Notes under the pieces: model-generated
What the model saw: the letters and a program-made list of their open reading frames with translations, nothing else
Databases searched by the model: none
What the model was told of the DNA's origin: nothing
Shown: one piece after another, positions 25,858-33,757 of the stretch
Layout of the letters: each line of letters starts with the position of its first letter
Position numbering within the stretch: position 1 is the first letter of the stretch
NCBI GenBank assembly: GCA_038063755.1
Contig: JBBTUL010000012.1
Location: 572-64,571 of the forward strand
Source of the DNA: Patescibacteria group bacterium
GTDB taxonomy: Bacteria > Patescibacteriota > Minisyncoccia > UBA6257 > 2-01-FULL-56-20
DNA: 64,000 bases
Reading direction: 5' to 3'
Made by a program: the position numbers and the translations under genes

Positions 25858-28372
25858 AGAAACGATAACCGGAGAGCAGGTTCGTTCCCTCGAGCCATAC
25901 TTCGACGATCCGCGACTTGGCATGACGGCGCCCGGGCGACTACTGGTCCGGATGATCGGAGGGGTCGGGTACGCGGCGATTGTGGCCGCAACGCTAACGG
26001 CGCTTATTTCAGATGTTTCTTGGCTTCGTTTTTTGGGGATGTTTCTTTCACTCGTCGTGCTTGACCGGATTGTTCATGCAGGAAAAGGAGACATTCCACT
26101 CTCTGAGCTTCCCGAAAAGGGAAGGGTGAATCTTTTGCATCACACCACCCCGGCGGCGCTTCGCATTATCGAACGAGCAAGCGAGAGAAGTAAAATCAAA
26201 AAAACCGATTTTTATATCGAAGTTGCGCGGGAGCTTGTTCGGCTGCGGCAAATTCGCGAGGGCCTTGTTCGTCTCGATGTCCGCCCGGAGGAGTTCGAGG
26301 GCAAAATCAAAGAATTTTTAAAGAAAGAAAAGGCAGACGATACTGAAGAGACTAACAAGCTCATCTTTCGCATGATGCAACGATCGTTCGCTGGAGCTTT
26401 GGGACACCAGGATAAATACATTGACCCATCCGATCTTTTTTCGGCGCTTGCAGATGCTCCCGGATATACGGAGCGACTTTTCTCCACGTTTGATATCGAG
26501 GCGGGAGACCTTGAGCGCGCGTTGCTTTTTACGCTCGAACACAGATCTTCGTGGCTGAGAAGGATACCCCGCTCTCTCGGAGGCTTCGTGTTTGAGTCGG
26601 ATAGGCAACCGAGACATCGTGTTATGAATAGGGCTTGGACGGCGCGCCCAACCCCCACGCTTGATCGATACGGGGCAGACTTCACCGATGCGGCTCGATC
26701 CTCAAAAATTGGATTTTTAATAGGACACGAAGAAGAATACAACCGTTTAATAGAAGCGCTTTCGCGCCCGTCAAAACCAAACGCACTTTTGATCGGGGAT
26801 GCGGGGATTGGAAAAGAAACGATTATTTCTCATTTCGCATTCGCTCTCGTAAAAGACAAAGTGCCAAAAGCGCTTTTCGATAGGCGTTTGGTCGCGCTTG
26901 ACGTCGCGCGCCTCATCGCGGGAGCCGGTCCCGAAGAACTACAAGCGCGCCTCGCCGTCATTGTTGATGAAATTGTCGCGGCAGGAAATATTATTCTTTA
27001 TATTCCGGACCTTCATAATCTCGCGAAGACCTCAGGCGCCGCATATCTTTCAGCCGCGGACGCTCTTATGCCAATCATTTTAAGCGACCTTTTTCCGATC
27101 ATTGGGACCACATATCCGCGGGAGTTTAAAGAATACATAGAAAGCAGAAGTGATTTTCGCGGCGCGTTCGAGACCATTCAAGTGCAGGAGATATCGGAAA
27201 GCGAGGCTCAGACCGTCCTCGTATACGACAGCCTCATTCTTGAGAGGAAAACGGGAAAAGTCATAACGCTAGGGGCGATAAAGGGATCGGTGAGGCTTGC
27301 AAAAAAGTATTTTCGTTCAAAGTTCCTTCCCTCAAGCGCCGAAGACCTCTTAAAGAGCGCGCTTGCCTACGCCGAGCAGCATGATGAAAAAACCATAACG
27401 CCGGCGACAATTATTAAGGTTGCGGAGGAAAAAGTGAACATCCCGATTCACGAGGCAGACGGAAAAGAAGCCGAACGGTTGCTCAACATGGAGAGTCTTA
27501 TCCACGAACGCCTTATCGACCAGGAAGAGGCGGTAAAGGCCGTTTCAGACTCCCTGAGGGAATATCGGAGCGGACTTTCACGTCCCGGCGGGCCAATCGC
27601 AAGCTTCCTCTTTGTTGGACCGACCGGCGTCGGAAAGACAGAACTTGCGAAAACTCTCGCCACCATCGAGTTCGGGTCGAAAGAATCAATGGCGCGCTTC
27701 GACATGACCGAATATCAAGACAAACAGAGTTTTTACCGATTTATTGGAGCTCCGGATGGATCAACGCGCGGAGCTCTGACCGATGCGGTGAAAGAAAAAC
27801 CCTACTGCATTGTGCTGCTCGATGAATTTGAGAAAGCCTACCCGGACATTCTTGACCTTTTCCTCCAGGTTTTAGACGACGGAAGACTTACCAATAATCT
27901 TGGAGAAACAGTCGATTTTACCCACACGGTCATTATCGCAACATCAAACGCACATTCGGACATCATCAACTCCGCGCTTCGGGAAGGGCAACAGATGTCG
28001 GAAATCGCTGAATATTTAAGACGAAAGCTTACGGACGTGTTCAAGCCGGAACTTCTGAATCGATTTTCTCGAGTCGTGGTTTTTAAGAGCCTTAGCATGG
28101 CGGACATGAAAAAAGTTGCAGCACTTCAGCTTCGAGAAGTGGCTGAAACGGCCTCGGGCCGCGGCATCACGCTTACATTTGACGAGGAAGTAATAAGCGA
28201 ACTTGCGAAACTTGGATACGATCCGGCGTTCGGTGCCCGACCATTACGGAGGGTGATAGACGAGAAAATAAGAAGCGCTCTCGCATCAAGCATTCTTGAG
28301 AAAAAATCTCCGCGAGGAACGGCGTTTCGTGTATCGATAAAAGACGGGGCATTCGTATTTTCTCTGGTATAG
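25850..28372 (+). CDS. ClpB/ClpC-like double-AAA+ chaperone with atypical hydrophobic N-terminal region
   Basis: NBD1 with degenerate P-loop LIGDAGIGKET, NBD2 with LFVGPTGVGKTELAK, and a sensor-2/ClpB_D2-small region. The N-terminal ~80 aa contain two predicted TM helices instead of a Clp_N domain. Confidence 0.7.
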   Translation: MYRETITGEQVRSLEPYFDDPRLGMTAPGRLLVRMIGGVGYAAIVAATLTALISDVSWLRFLGMFLSLVVLDRIVHAGKGDIPLSELPEKGRVNLLHHTTPAALRIIERASERSKIKKTDFYIEVARELVRLRQIREGLVRLDVRPEEFEGKIKEFLKKEKADDTEETNKLIFRMMQRSFAGALGHQDKYIDPSDLFSALADAPGYTERLFSTFDIEAGDLERALLFTLEHRSSWLRRIPRSLGGFVFESDRQPRHRVMNRAWTARPTPTLDRYGADFTDAARSSKIGFLIGHEEEYNRLIEALSRPSKPNALLIGDAGIGKETIISHFAFALVKDKVPKALFDRRLVALDVARLIAGAGPEELQARLAVIVDEIVAAGNIILYIPDLHNLAKTSGAAYLSAADALMPIILSDLFPIIGTTYPREFKEYIESRSDFRGAFETIQVQEISESEAQTVLVYDSLILERKTGKVITLGAIKGSVRLAKKYFRSKFLPSSAEDLLKSALAYAEQHDEKTITPATIIKVAEEKVNIPIHEADGKEAERLLNMESLIHERLIDQEEAVKAVSDSLREYRSGLSRPGGPIASFLFVGPTGVGKTELAKTLATIEFGSKESMARFDMTEYQDKQSFYRFIGAPDGSTRGALTDAVKEKPYCIVLLDEFEKAYPDILDLFLQVLDDGRLTNNLGETVDFTHTVIIATSNAHSDIINSALREGQQMSEIAEYLRRKLTDVFKPELLNRFSRVVVFKSLSMADMKKVAALQLREVAETASGRGITLTFDEEVISELAKLGYDPAFGARPLRRVIDEKIRSALASSILEKKSPRGTAFRVSIKDGAFVFSLV

Positions 28373-28377
28373 CGAAT

Positions 28378-30120
28378 TTGTCCATGCAACATACATCGAA
28401 CGGAGACATCGCGCGTATCTTGCGGGGAGTCGCCGAATATCTCACGATGGAGAGCGCGAACCCGTTTCGCATTCGCGCTTACGGGCGCGCCGCAGAGGCC
28501 ATAGAGTCCCTCGAAGAGGATATTTTTTTAATCTATAAAAACGGAGGAGAGAAGGCGCTGGAGGCCGTCCCCGGGGTAGGGATGGCGATAAGAGATCACG
28601 TCATAGAAATTTTCCGCACCGGAAAGCTCGGTGAATATGAGAGGCTGAAAAAGAAGACGCCGGTGCGCCTCGACGAGCTTACGAAGATTGAAGGACTTGG
28701 GCCAAAGTCTGTCAAAAAATTATACGAAAAACTGGGCGTGCGAAATATAAAAGACCTTGAGCGCGCGGTTCGGAAGGGCTTGGTTCAGGAAATTCCTGGA
28801 TTTGGCGAAAAAACAGAAAAGAGAATATTGCGCTCGCTTGAGTTTTCGAAAAAAACGAGCGGAAGGATTCTTCTCGACAAGGCATCGGCGATTGCGCAAT
28901 CGATAAAAAAAAGAATAGGAGGAATCGAGGGTGTTTCTCTCTGTGAGGTTGCAGGGTCCTTCAGGCGGAGAAAGGAAACCATCGGGGATCTCGACCTTCT
29001 CGTTGTTGCAAAGAATCCCGCGCGAATCATGGATTCTTTTGTGCGCATGGAGGGAGTAGGACGGGTTTTGGCGCACGGGAAGACAAAATCTTCGATAACG
29101 CTCAAAAGCGGCCTTGATGTGGATCTGCGCATTGTTCCGAAAGAGTCTTGCGGAGCAGCGCTTAATTATTTCACGGGTTCAAAAGAGCACAATATTGCGT
29201 TGCGCGAGATTGCGATCAAAAAGGGATTAAAGCTCAACGAGTACGGACTTTTCAAAGGAGAAAAAGTAATTGCCGGGAAAAATGAAGAAAAGCTCTACGA
29301 GGCGTTGGGGCTTGAATATGTTCCGCCAGAACTTCGCGAAAACACAGGAGAGATCGAAGCCAGCATGCGAAGGAAGGGCAGCAGGCTCCCGAAGCTTATC
29401 GGATACGACACCTTAAAAGGCGACCTTCAGGTGCAGACCGAGTGGAGCGACGGAGTTGCCTCAATCGAAGAAATGGCGCGCGAAGCGCTCCGGAGGGGGC
29501 TCTCGTATATTGCGATAACCGATCACACCAAACGACTCACCATTGCAAATGGCCTCAATGAAAAGCGCCTTACCCTTCAAGCGAAAGAGATTGACCGCGC
29601 AAATATTGCCCTGAAGGGAAAAATAACAATCTTAAAAGGGACCGAGTGCGACATCTTAAAAGACGGCTCACTTGATCTTTCGGACAAGGTGCTCGCAAAG
29701 CTTGATGTTGTTGGCGCATCGGTGCATTCATATTTTAATCTCGAACGAAAGGCGCAAACGGAGCGCATTATAAAAGCCATGGAGAATCCGAATGTAGACA
29801 TTATTTTTCACCCAACCGGACGCCTTATCGGAAGGCGTGATGCTTACGCGATAGATATTGACGCGATTATTAAGGCGGCGAAGCGGACCGGAACCATTCT
29901 CGAAATAGACGCCTTTCCCGACAGGCTTGATCTATGCGATGAATATATAAAGAAGTGCGTTGTCTCCGGCGTAAAGCTTGCGATAGACTCCGACGCGCAT
30001 GCTCCAGAGCACTTCTCTGTTTTGGAATTCGGCTTGGCGCAGGCGCGCCGAGGTTGGGCGACAAAGGGAGACGTCATAAACACGAGAAATCTCTTTGACC
30101 TCAAGAAGCTCTTAAAATAA
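28378..30120 (+). CDS. polX: DNA polymerase X family protein with C-terminal PHP (3'-5' exonuclease) domain
   Basis: HhH motifs (IEGLGPKSVKKLYEKLGV, IPGFGEKTEKRI), pol beta-like palm (DLDLLVV) and PHP motifs (ITDHT...HPTGR...DSDAH). Confidence 0.8.
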   Translation: MSMQHTSNGDIARILRGVAEYLTMESANPFRIRAYGRAAEAIESLEEDIFLIYKNGGEKALEAVPGVGMAIRDHVIEIFRTGKLGEYERLKKKTPVRLDELTKIEGLGPKSVKKLYEKLGVRNIKDLERAVRKGLVQEIPGFGEKTEKRILRSLEFSKKTSGRILLDKASAIAQSIKKRIGGIEGVSLCEVAGSFRRRKETIGDLDLLVVAKNPARIMDSFVRMEGVGRVLAHGKTKSSITLKSGLDVDLRIVPKESCGAALNYFTGSKEHNIALREIAIKKGLKLNEYGLFKGEKVIAGKNEEKLYEALGLEYVPPELRENTGEIEASMRRKGSRLPKLIGYDTLKGDLQVQTEWSDGVASIEEMAREALRRGLSYIAITDHTKRLTIANGLNEKRLTLQAKEIDRANIALKGKITILKGTECDILKDGSLDLSDKVLAKLDVVGASVHSYFNLERKAQTERIIKAMENPNVDIIFHPTGRLIGRRDAYAIDIDAIIKAAKRTGTILEIDAFPDRLDLCDEYIKKCVVSGVKLAIDSDAHAPEHFSVLEFGLAQARRGWATKGDVINTRNLFDLKKLLK

Positions 30121-30140
30121 CTTTGTCGTAAAAATCAGTC

Positions 30141-30737
30141 TTGCTGTGCTTTTTTCGGCATCCACCATGCGCGTGGTATGATGGACTAGTGACGCAACCG
30201 ACACACAAGGAACATCGGGAAGAAAAGGGCGCTTCGCAGGCGCGCCCGCAACTTCGCATAAAAAAACAAGTGGTTGCCGGTTTCGTGGTGTTCCGACGAA
30301 CACAGGAGGGGATAAAGTTCCTGCTTCTCTATAAGCGAGGAAACTATTGGAACTTTCCAAAGGGGCATTTTGAAACAGGCGAGAACAGTTTGGCGACCGC
30401 GCTTCGCGAAACCGAAGAGGAGACGGGAATCAAAAGAAGCGAACTCAGAATCATTCCCGAGTTTCGCGCCTACGAGCAGTTTTCGTTCAGGAGCGGGAAT
30501 CAGAAGATTCACGACACTGTTATTTTGTATCTTGCGGAGACGAGGAGGGCCGATGTGCGTATCGCCCCCCGAGAGCATAGCGGATTTGCCTGGTTTTTGC
30601 ACCAAGACGCGCTAAAAGCGCTCGGAAGCAAGTACGTCGGAACGAAGCGAGTTTTAAAACAAGCAAATGATTTCCTTCGCAGAAAAAGTGTTGAGCGTCG
30701 TGCGGCGCATCCCCCGAGGAAAGACGCTCACGTATAA
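30141..30737 (+). CDS. NUDIX hydrolase
   Basis: Nudix box GHFETGENSLATALRETEEETGI. The start may be downstream of the first Met. Confidence 0.7.
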   Translation: MLCFFRHPPCAWYDGLVTQPTHKEHREEKGASQARPQLRIKKQVVAGFVVFRRTQEGIKFLLLYKRGNYWNFPKGHFETGENSLATALRETEEETGIKRSELRIIPEFRAYEQFSFRSGNQKIHDTVILYLAETRRADVRIAPREHSGFAWFLHQDALKALGSKYVGTKRVLKQANDFLRRKSVERRAAHPPRKDAHV

Positions 30738-30924
30738 AGAAGTGGCGCGCATGGCCGGGAGTCCTCGTGCCTACCGCGCGGTGGGGAATATTTTAAATCG
30801 TCACGGCGGGGTGGATCGTGGTATTCCTTGCCACCGGGTTACAAAGTCAGACGGCACGGTGGGCGGCTACGCTCACGGGATAAAGAAAAAGGCAGAACTT
30901 CTTCGAAGAGAGGGAGCCGTCTAA
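30667..30924 (+). CDS. MGMT-family DNA-binding domain protein (O6-alkylguanine alkyltransferase C-domain, standalone)
   Basis: YKEVARMAGSPRAYRAVGNILNRH...IPCHRV contains the PCHRV active-site motif. It is only 85 aa with no N-domain. It overlaps the Nudix ORF by about 70 nt in another frame. Confidence 0.6.
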   Translation: MISFAEKVLSVVRRIPRGKTLTYKEVARMAGSPRAYRAVGNILNRHGGVDRGIPCHRVTKSDGTVGGYAHGIKKKAELLRREGAV

Positions 30925-30937
30925 AGAAAAGCGAGGG

Positions 30938-30967
30938 TTGACACAAAGCGCATAGCCGTGTTATAAT
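30938..30967 (+). promoter_or_regulatory. near-consensus sigma70 promoter (TTGACA-18-TATAAT)
   Basis: ttgacacaaagcgcatagccgtgttataat, followed by a structured ~65-nt 5'UTR (ggctgg...ccagcc) and an AGGAG RBS. Confidence 0.55.
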
Positions 30968-31033
30968 TTATCCTAGCAGGCTGGAAACTGAGGCCTAATG
31001 AAAGGCCCAGGTCACCCAGCCAAAGGAGCAGAA

Positions 31034-31354
31034 ATGAGAAGCAAGGGAGCGTTTTTGATTCTCCTGGCTGTCGCGATTCTCGGCGCCGCGTGCGCCGAGA
31101 AGCCGCGCTCCGCAGACTTCGTGACGGCGAGGGTGCTGGCTATGGACCAGGGCTACGCCCTGGAAAACACGTGGATCGAGACCATGTACAAAGGTGGTCG
31201 GTGGGTTGTTGTGGTTTCAGGGGTCGCGGTAAATGTGGCTAGAATTGACGGCCGCGATATCTATTGGGCCCGCACGAATACCTGCCTTGCTCCGGTGCCG
31301 GTTCGGCGCGAGACCTTCAAGTGCAATCCCAGCCGACTCGCTCGTATGCCGTAG
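31034..31354 (+). CDS. small secreted/lipoprotein-like hypothetical protein, GC-rich
   Basis: Signal peptide MRSKGAFLILLAVAILGAACAEK, G/C-dominated third codon positions, and its own strong promoter and RBS. Confidence 0.5.
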   Translation: MRSKGAFLILLAVAILGAACAEKPRSADFVTARVLAMDQGYALENTWIETMYKGGRWVVVVSGVAVNVARIDGRDIYWARTNTCLAPVPVRRETFKCNPSRLARMP

Positions 31355-31427
31355 TGGTAGTGCATCACCCCCCGACGAAATCGGGGGCGTAGCATTTTAA
31401 AAGCGCCGCGAAAAGAAAAACAGCGAC

Positions 31428-31775
31428 CTACTTGGTCGCCGCTTCAACTACTTTTTTAAATACCGCCGGTTCGTTTGCCGCGAGATCCGCAAGGATTTTG
31501 CGGTCAAGCGCGATTTTTTTCTTTTTGAGTATTCCGATGAACTTGCTATACGTAGTTCCCTCGGCGCGCAGTGCGGCGTTCATGCGAACATTCCAGAGCG
31601 CGCGGAAGGTGCGCTTCTTTTCCTTTCGTCCTCGGAACTCTCTTGAGAGCGCGTGGAGCAGCGCTTCTTTCGCGGCTCGTTCTTTTGACTTACGACCCCA
31701 ACGGAACCCCTTTGTTCGTTTTAAAAGTTTTTCACGTTTCTTATGAGCAATCGTTCCTCGTTTTACCCTTGGCAT
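31428..31775 (-). CDS. rplT: 50S ribosomal protein L20
   Basis: MPRVKRGTIAHKKREKLLKRTKGFRWGRKS... is canonical L20. Confidence 0.9.
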   Translation of the reverse strand: MPRVKRGTIAHKKREKLLKRTKGFRWGRKSKERAAKEALLHALSREFRGRKEKKRTFRALWNVRMNAALRAEGTTYSKFIGILKKKKIALDRKILADLAANEPAVFKKVVEAATK

Positions 31776-31783
31776 GAGAGCTG

Positions 31784-31951
31784 TTAGTAATTAATAACTT
31801 TTTTGTATGTATGGTTCAGTCCGAGCGTTTTGCGTTTTCCGCGGACGTTTCGGCTCGATTTTCTGGTTCGAAAATGGTTCACGCCCATTGGTCGGCGGAC
31901 AATCTTTCCATTTTTCGTAACTTTAATCCTTTTTGACTGGCTCTTTCGCAT
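31784..31951 (-). CDS. rpmI: 50S ribosomal protein L35
   Basis: Not in the ORF track (55 aa). Manual translation gives MRKSQSKRIKVTKNGKIVRRPMGVNHFRTRKSSRNVRGKRKTLGLNHTYKKVINY*. It ends 8 nt before rplT. Confidence 0.85.
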   Translation of the reverse strand: MRKSQSKRIKVTKNGKIVRRPMGVNHFRTRKSSRNVRGKRKTLGLNHTYKKVINY

Positions 31952-32303
31952 GGCAAAATGTAATCCCTATGATAGCCCAAGCCGGGCGTTTGTGCAAGAG
32001 GACGCGCCGCCGTCCGCCACCTCGTTGTTTTCGAGTACCGACTGTTCGCATGCTCCTGCGGCATGCGCCAGTCTGCGCTCTCGGCTTCGAATATCCTGCG
32101 GATGCCAAGCACTCGAAGCCTCCGAGAGCTACTCCAGAAACAACGAGGTGGTGTACGTCTGTCTTCCCGTGCGCCTACGAAAAGGCCTGCCGCGCGCCCC
32201 AAGGGAGGGTAAGACTTGGCCAAGCGGCCCTGGAGCGCACTCCCGTGGGTGTGCGGCAGGCAATATTGTCTCAGAACGGAAAGACGGAAAGGGCGGTGCC
32301 TGC
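31952..32303. ncRNA. GC-rich, highly structured ~350-nt RNA element between infC and rpmI: candidate L20-responsive leader (minus strand) or RNase P RNA
   Basis: No credible ORF. Several long complementary segments, e.g. CCACCTCGTTGTTTTCG/CCAGAAACAACGAGGTGG (32028-32044 / 32134-32150), GCTCTCGGCTTCGA/TCGAAGCCTCCGAGAGC, and GCATGC...GCATGC. RNase P-like strings appear on both strands: plus has AGGGTAAG, GAGCGCAC and CAGAAC..GCTTAC; minus has ACAAACGCCCGGCTTGGG, which resembles the CR-V ACAGAACCCGGCTTA. Confidence 0.4.
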
Positions 32304-32804
32304 TTACGAAGGCTTCTTGGTCGAGAGGATCTGCGTTGTAAATCCGCTGCCTCCGAAGGCGGGCTGGCTTAACACGCGATATTCTACGGTAATGAGTTTC
32401 ATGAAATCCCTTAGTTTCTGCGCCGCCCATTCCTTGTTCCGTTTCTCGCGCCCCCGAAGGCGCAAAAAAATCTCAACCGGATGTCCCTCCTCCAAAAATT
32501 TCTCGAGCTGACGCACTTTTACCGAAAGGTCATTTTGAGCCGCCTTCGCGCTTATCTGTACGCGCTTCGAACCGGTAGCTTTTTGAAGTTGGCGCTCTTT
32601 TTTTGCAGCCTTCTCTTGTTCGTAGCGGAATTTGTCGAAGCTCATGATGCGGGTAACCGGAGGCTTTGCATTCGGGGAGATTTCGATAAGATCAAGCCCT
32701 TTTTCGCGCGCAAGAGAAAGCGCCTCATCGCGCGTAAGGACTCCGAGGTTTCCTCCTTCGGGGTCGATCACGCGCACTTCAGGCGCCGTAATAGCAGTAT
32801 TTAT
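32304..32804 (-). CDS. infC: translation initiation factor IF-3
   Basis: IF3 N- and C-domains (RVIDPEGGNLGVLTRDEALSLAREKGLDLIEI...). The frame stays open upstream of the first ATG (…KINTAITAPEVRVID), so a non-AUG (AUU/AUA) start is likely, as is usual for infC. Confidence 0.8.
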   Translation of the reverse strand: MNTAITAPEVRVIDPEGGNLGVLTRDEALSLAREKGLDLIEISPNAKPPVTRIMSFDKFRYEQEKAAKKERQLQKATGSKRVQISAKAAQNDLSVKVRQLEKFLEEGHPVEIFLRLRGREKRNKEWAAQKLRDFMKLITVEYRVLSQPAFGGSGFTTQILSTKKPS

Positions 32805-32850
32805 TTTTGCGAGATGGTGAAGAATGTGAGTAGGATATGTGTTACAGGTA

Positions 32851-32880
32851 CAGTATAAAACAGAGACTGGTTTTTAGCAA
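32851..32880 (-). promoter_or_regulatory. candidate infC promoter (minus strand TTGCTA-17-TATACT)
   Basis: Minus strand reads ttgctaaaaaccagtctctgttttatact, about 45 nt upstream of the inferred infC start. Confidence 0.35.
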
Positions 32881-32995
32881 AAAAAAGAGGACGAGCGGAG
32901 GATAAAAACCCGGTGTCTCAATAAAGAAGCGAGAGAGAGGATTGGTCCCCTTCGGCTTGGTTCGTTTGGTAGGCGCGCATTAGAAAAGTGTTATG

Positions 32996-33071
32996 TTCTA
33001 CTGTTTGACGATCGTCAAACAGTAGAATCCGAGAGATTAAGGTTGACACGGGGGCTGGGACGTGATAGAAT
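32996..33071 (+). promoter_or_regulatory. 32-nt perfect palindrome (operator-like) followed by a TTGACA-17-TAGAAT promoter
   Basis: TTCTACTGTTTGACGATCGTCAAACAGTAGAA (32996-33027) is a perfect inverted repeat. TTGACA at 33043-33048 and tagaat at 33066-33071 follow, then a GAGGAG RBS upstream of the 33150 gene. Confidence 0.5.
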
Positions 33072-33149
33072 GCCAAACGGCATTGCAGTCCGCGAATGGT
33101 AATCGGGAGCCTTCGTGGGCTGAAAAACAAATCCCGAGAGGAGCAAGTC

Positions 33150-33593
33150 ATGACCTGGATCCTCGCCGTAGCCCTCTTGATCGTTTCCATTTCCGGGGTC
33201 ATCGCCTCCCGGAAAAACCGGAGGGCGCTCAATCAACTCTACGCCGAGATCGCGGCGGCGCGCACCCGCCTGTTCGGCCTCAAAGAGGCCAAGGCGGTCG
33301 GACAGTACCTGGAAAACGCTGGCGACGACGCGGCGGCGGCCGTCCGCGGAGTAGTGCTCGGCGTCCTGGGATACGTGAACAACGTACCCTCCGAGCTCGC
33401 CGAGCTCAGGGCGCAGACGGAGAAGATTTGCACCTCCGAGGCCGCCAAAATCGACGGCCTGAAGGCCAAGGTGCGTCAGTTCGAGTCCGCGATCGAGGAC
33501 GCTTACACGCGTTCGGCGGATGCCGAAAACGAGCTCTTCGACACCGAGCTCGTCGCCGAGCCCTTCCTCGACGAGGAGAGTGTCGGCGACTGA
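33150..33593 (+). CDS. hypothetical membrane-anchored coiled-coil protein encoded in a very GC-rich insert
   Basis: N-terminal TM (MTWILAVALLIVSISGVIA), a helical Ala/Glu-rich body and an acidic tail. G+C is far above the neighbouring genes, which produces spurious overlapping ORFs in other frames. Confidence 0.5.
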   Translation: MTWILAVALLIVSISGVIASRKNRRALNQLYAEIAAARTRLFGLKEAKAVGQYLENAGDDAAAAVRGVVLGVLGYVNNVPSELAELRAQTEKICTSEAAKIDGLKAKVRQFESAIEDAYTRSADAENELFDTELVAEPFLDEESVGD

Positions 33594-33630
33594 CGTCCTT
33601 CCAGCACTTTGTAGTCATGTAGTCATCGAC

Positions 33631-33659
33631 GCCCGGCAATCCAGCCGGGCTCGTTTTTT
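33631..33659 (+). terminator. rho-independent terminator
   Basis: gcccggc-aatcca-gccgggc followed by tcgtttttt. Confidence 0.55.
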
Positions 33660-33757
33660 ATATACAAAAACAGACAGGCGCGCTTTGGCAATAATGTATA
33701 ATCATTTATTAGCAGGTGAATCGGTCGACACCTCGAAATGAAAAACAAAGAAACAAT

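Noticed and set aside
31803-32430. Several 180-190-aa ORFs on both strands across the infC-rpmI spacer
   Set aside because: They run in multiple overlapping frames on both strands, which is typical of a GC-rich structured RNA region. Their products are Arg/Ala/Pro-rich low-complexity. No RBS is present.
33062-33639. Overlapping alternative-frame ORFs (186 aa Arg/Gly-rich on the plus strand; 77 aa and 76 aa on the minus strand) in the GC-rich insert
   Set aside because: These are frame shadows caused by high GC. The frame starting at 33150 has the RBS, the TM helix and a coherent sequence.
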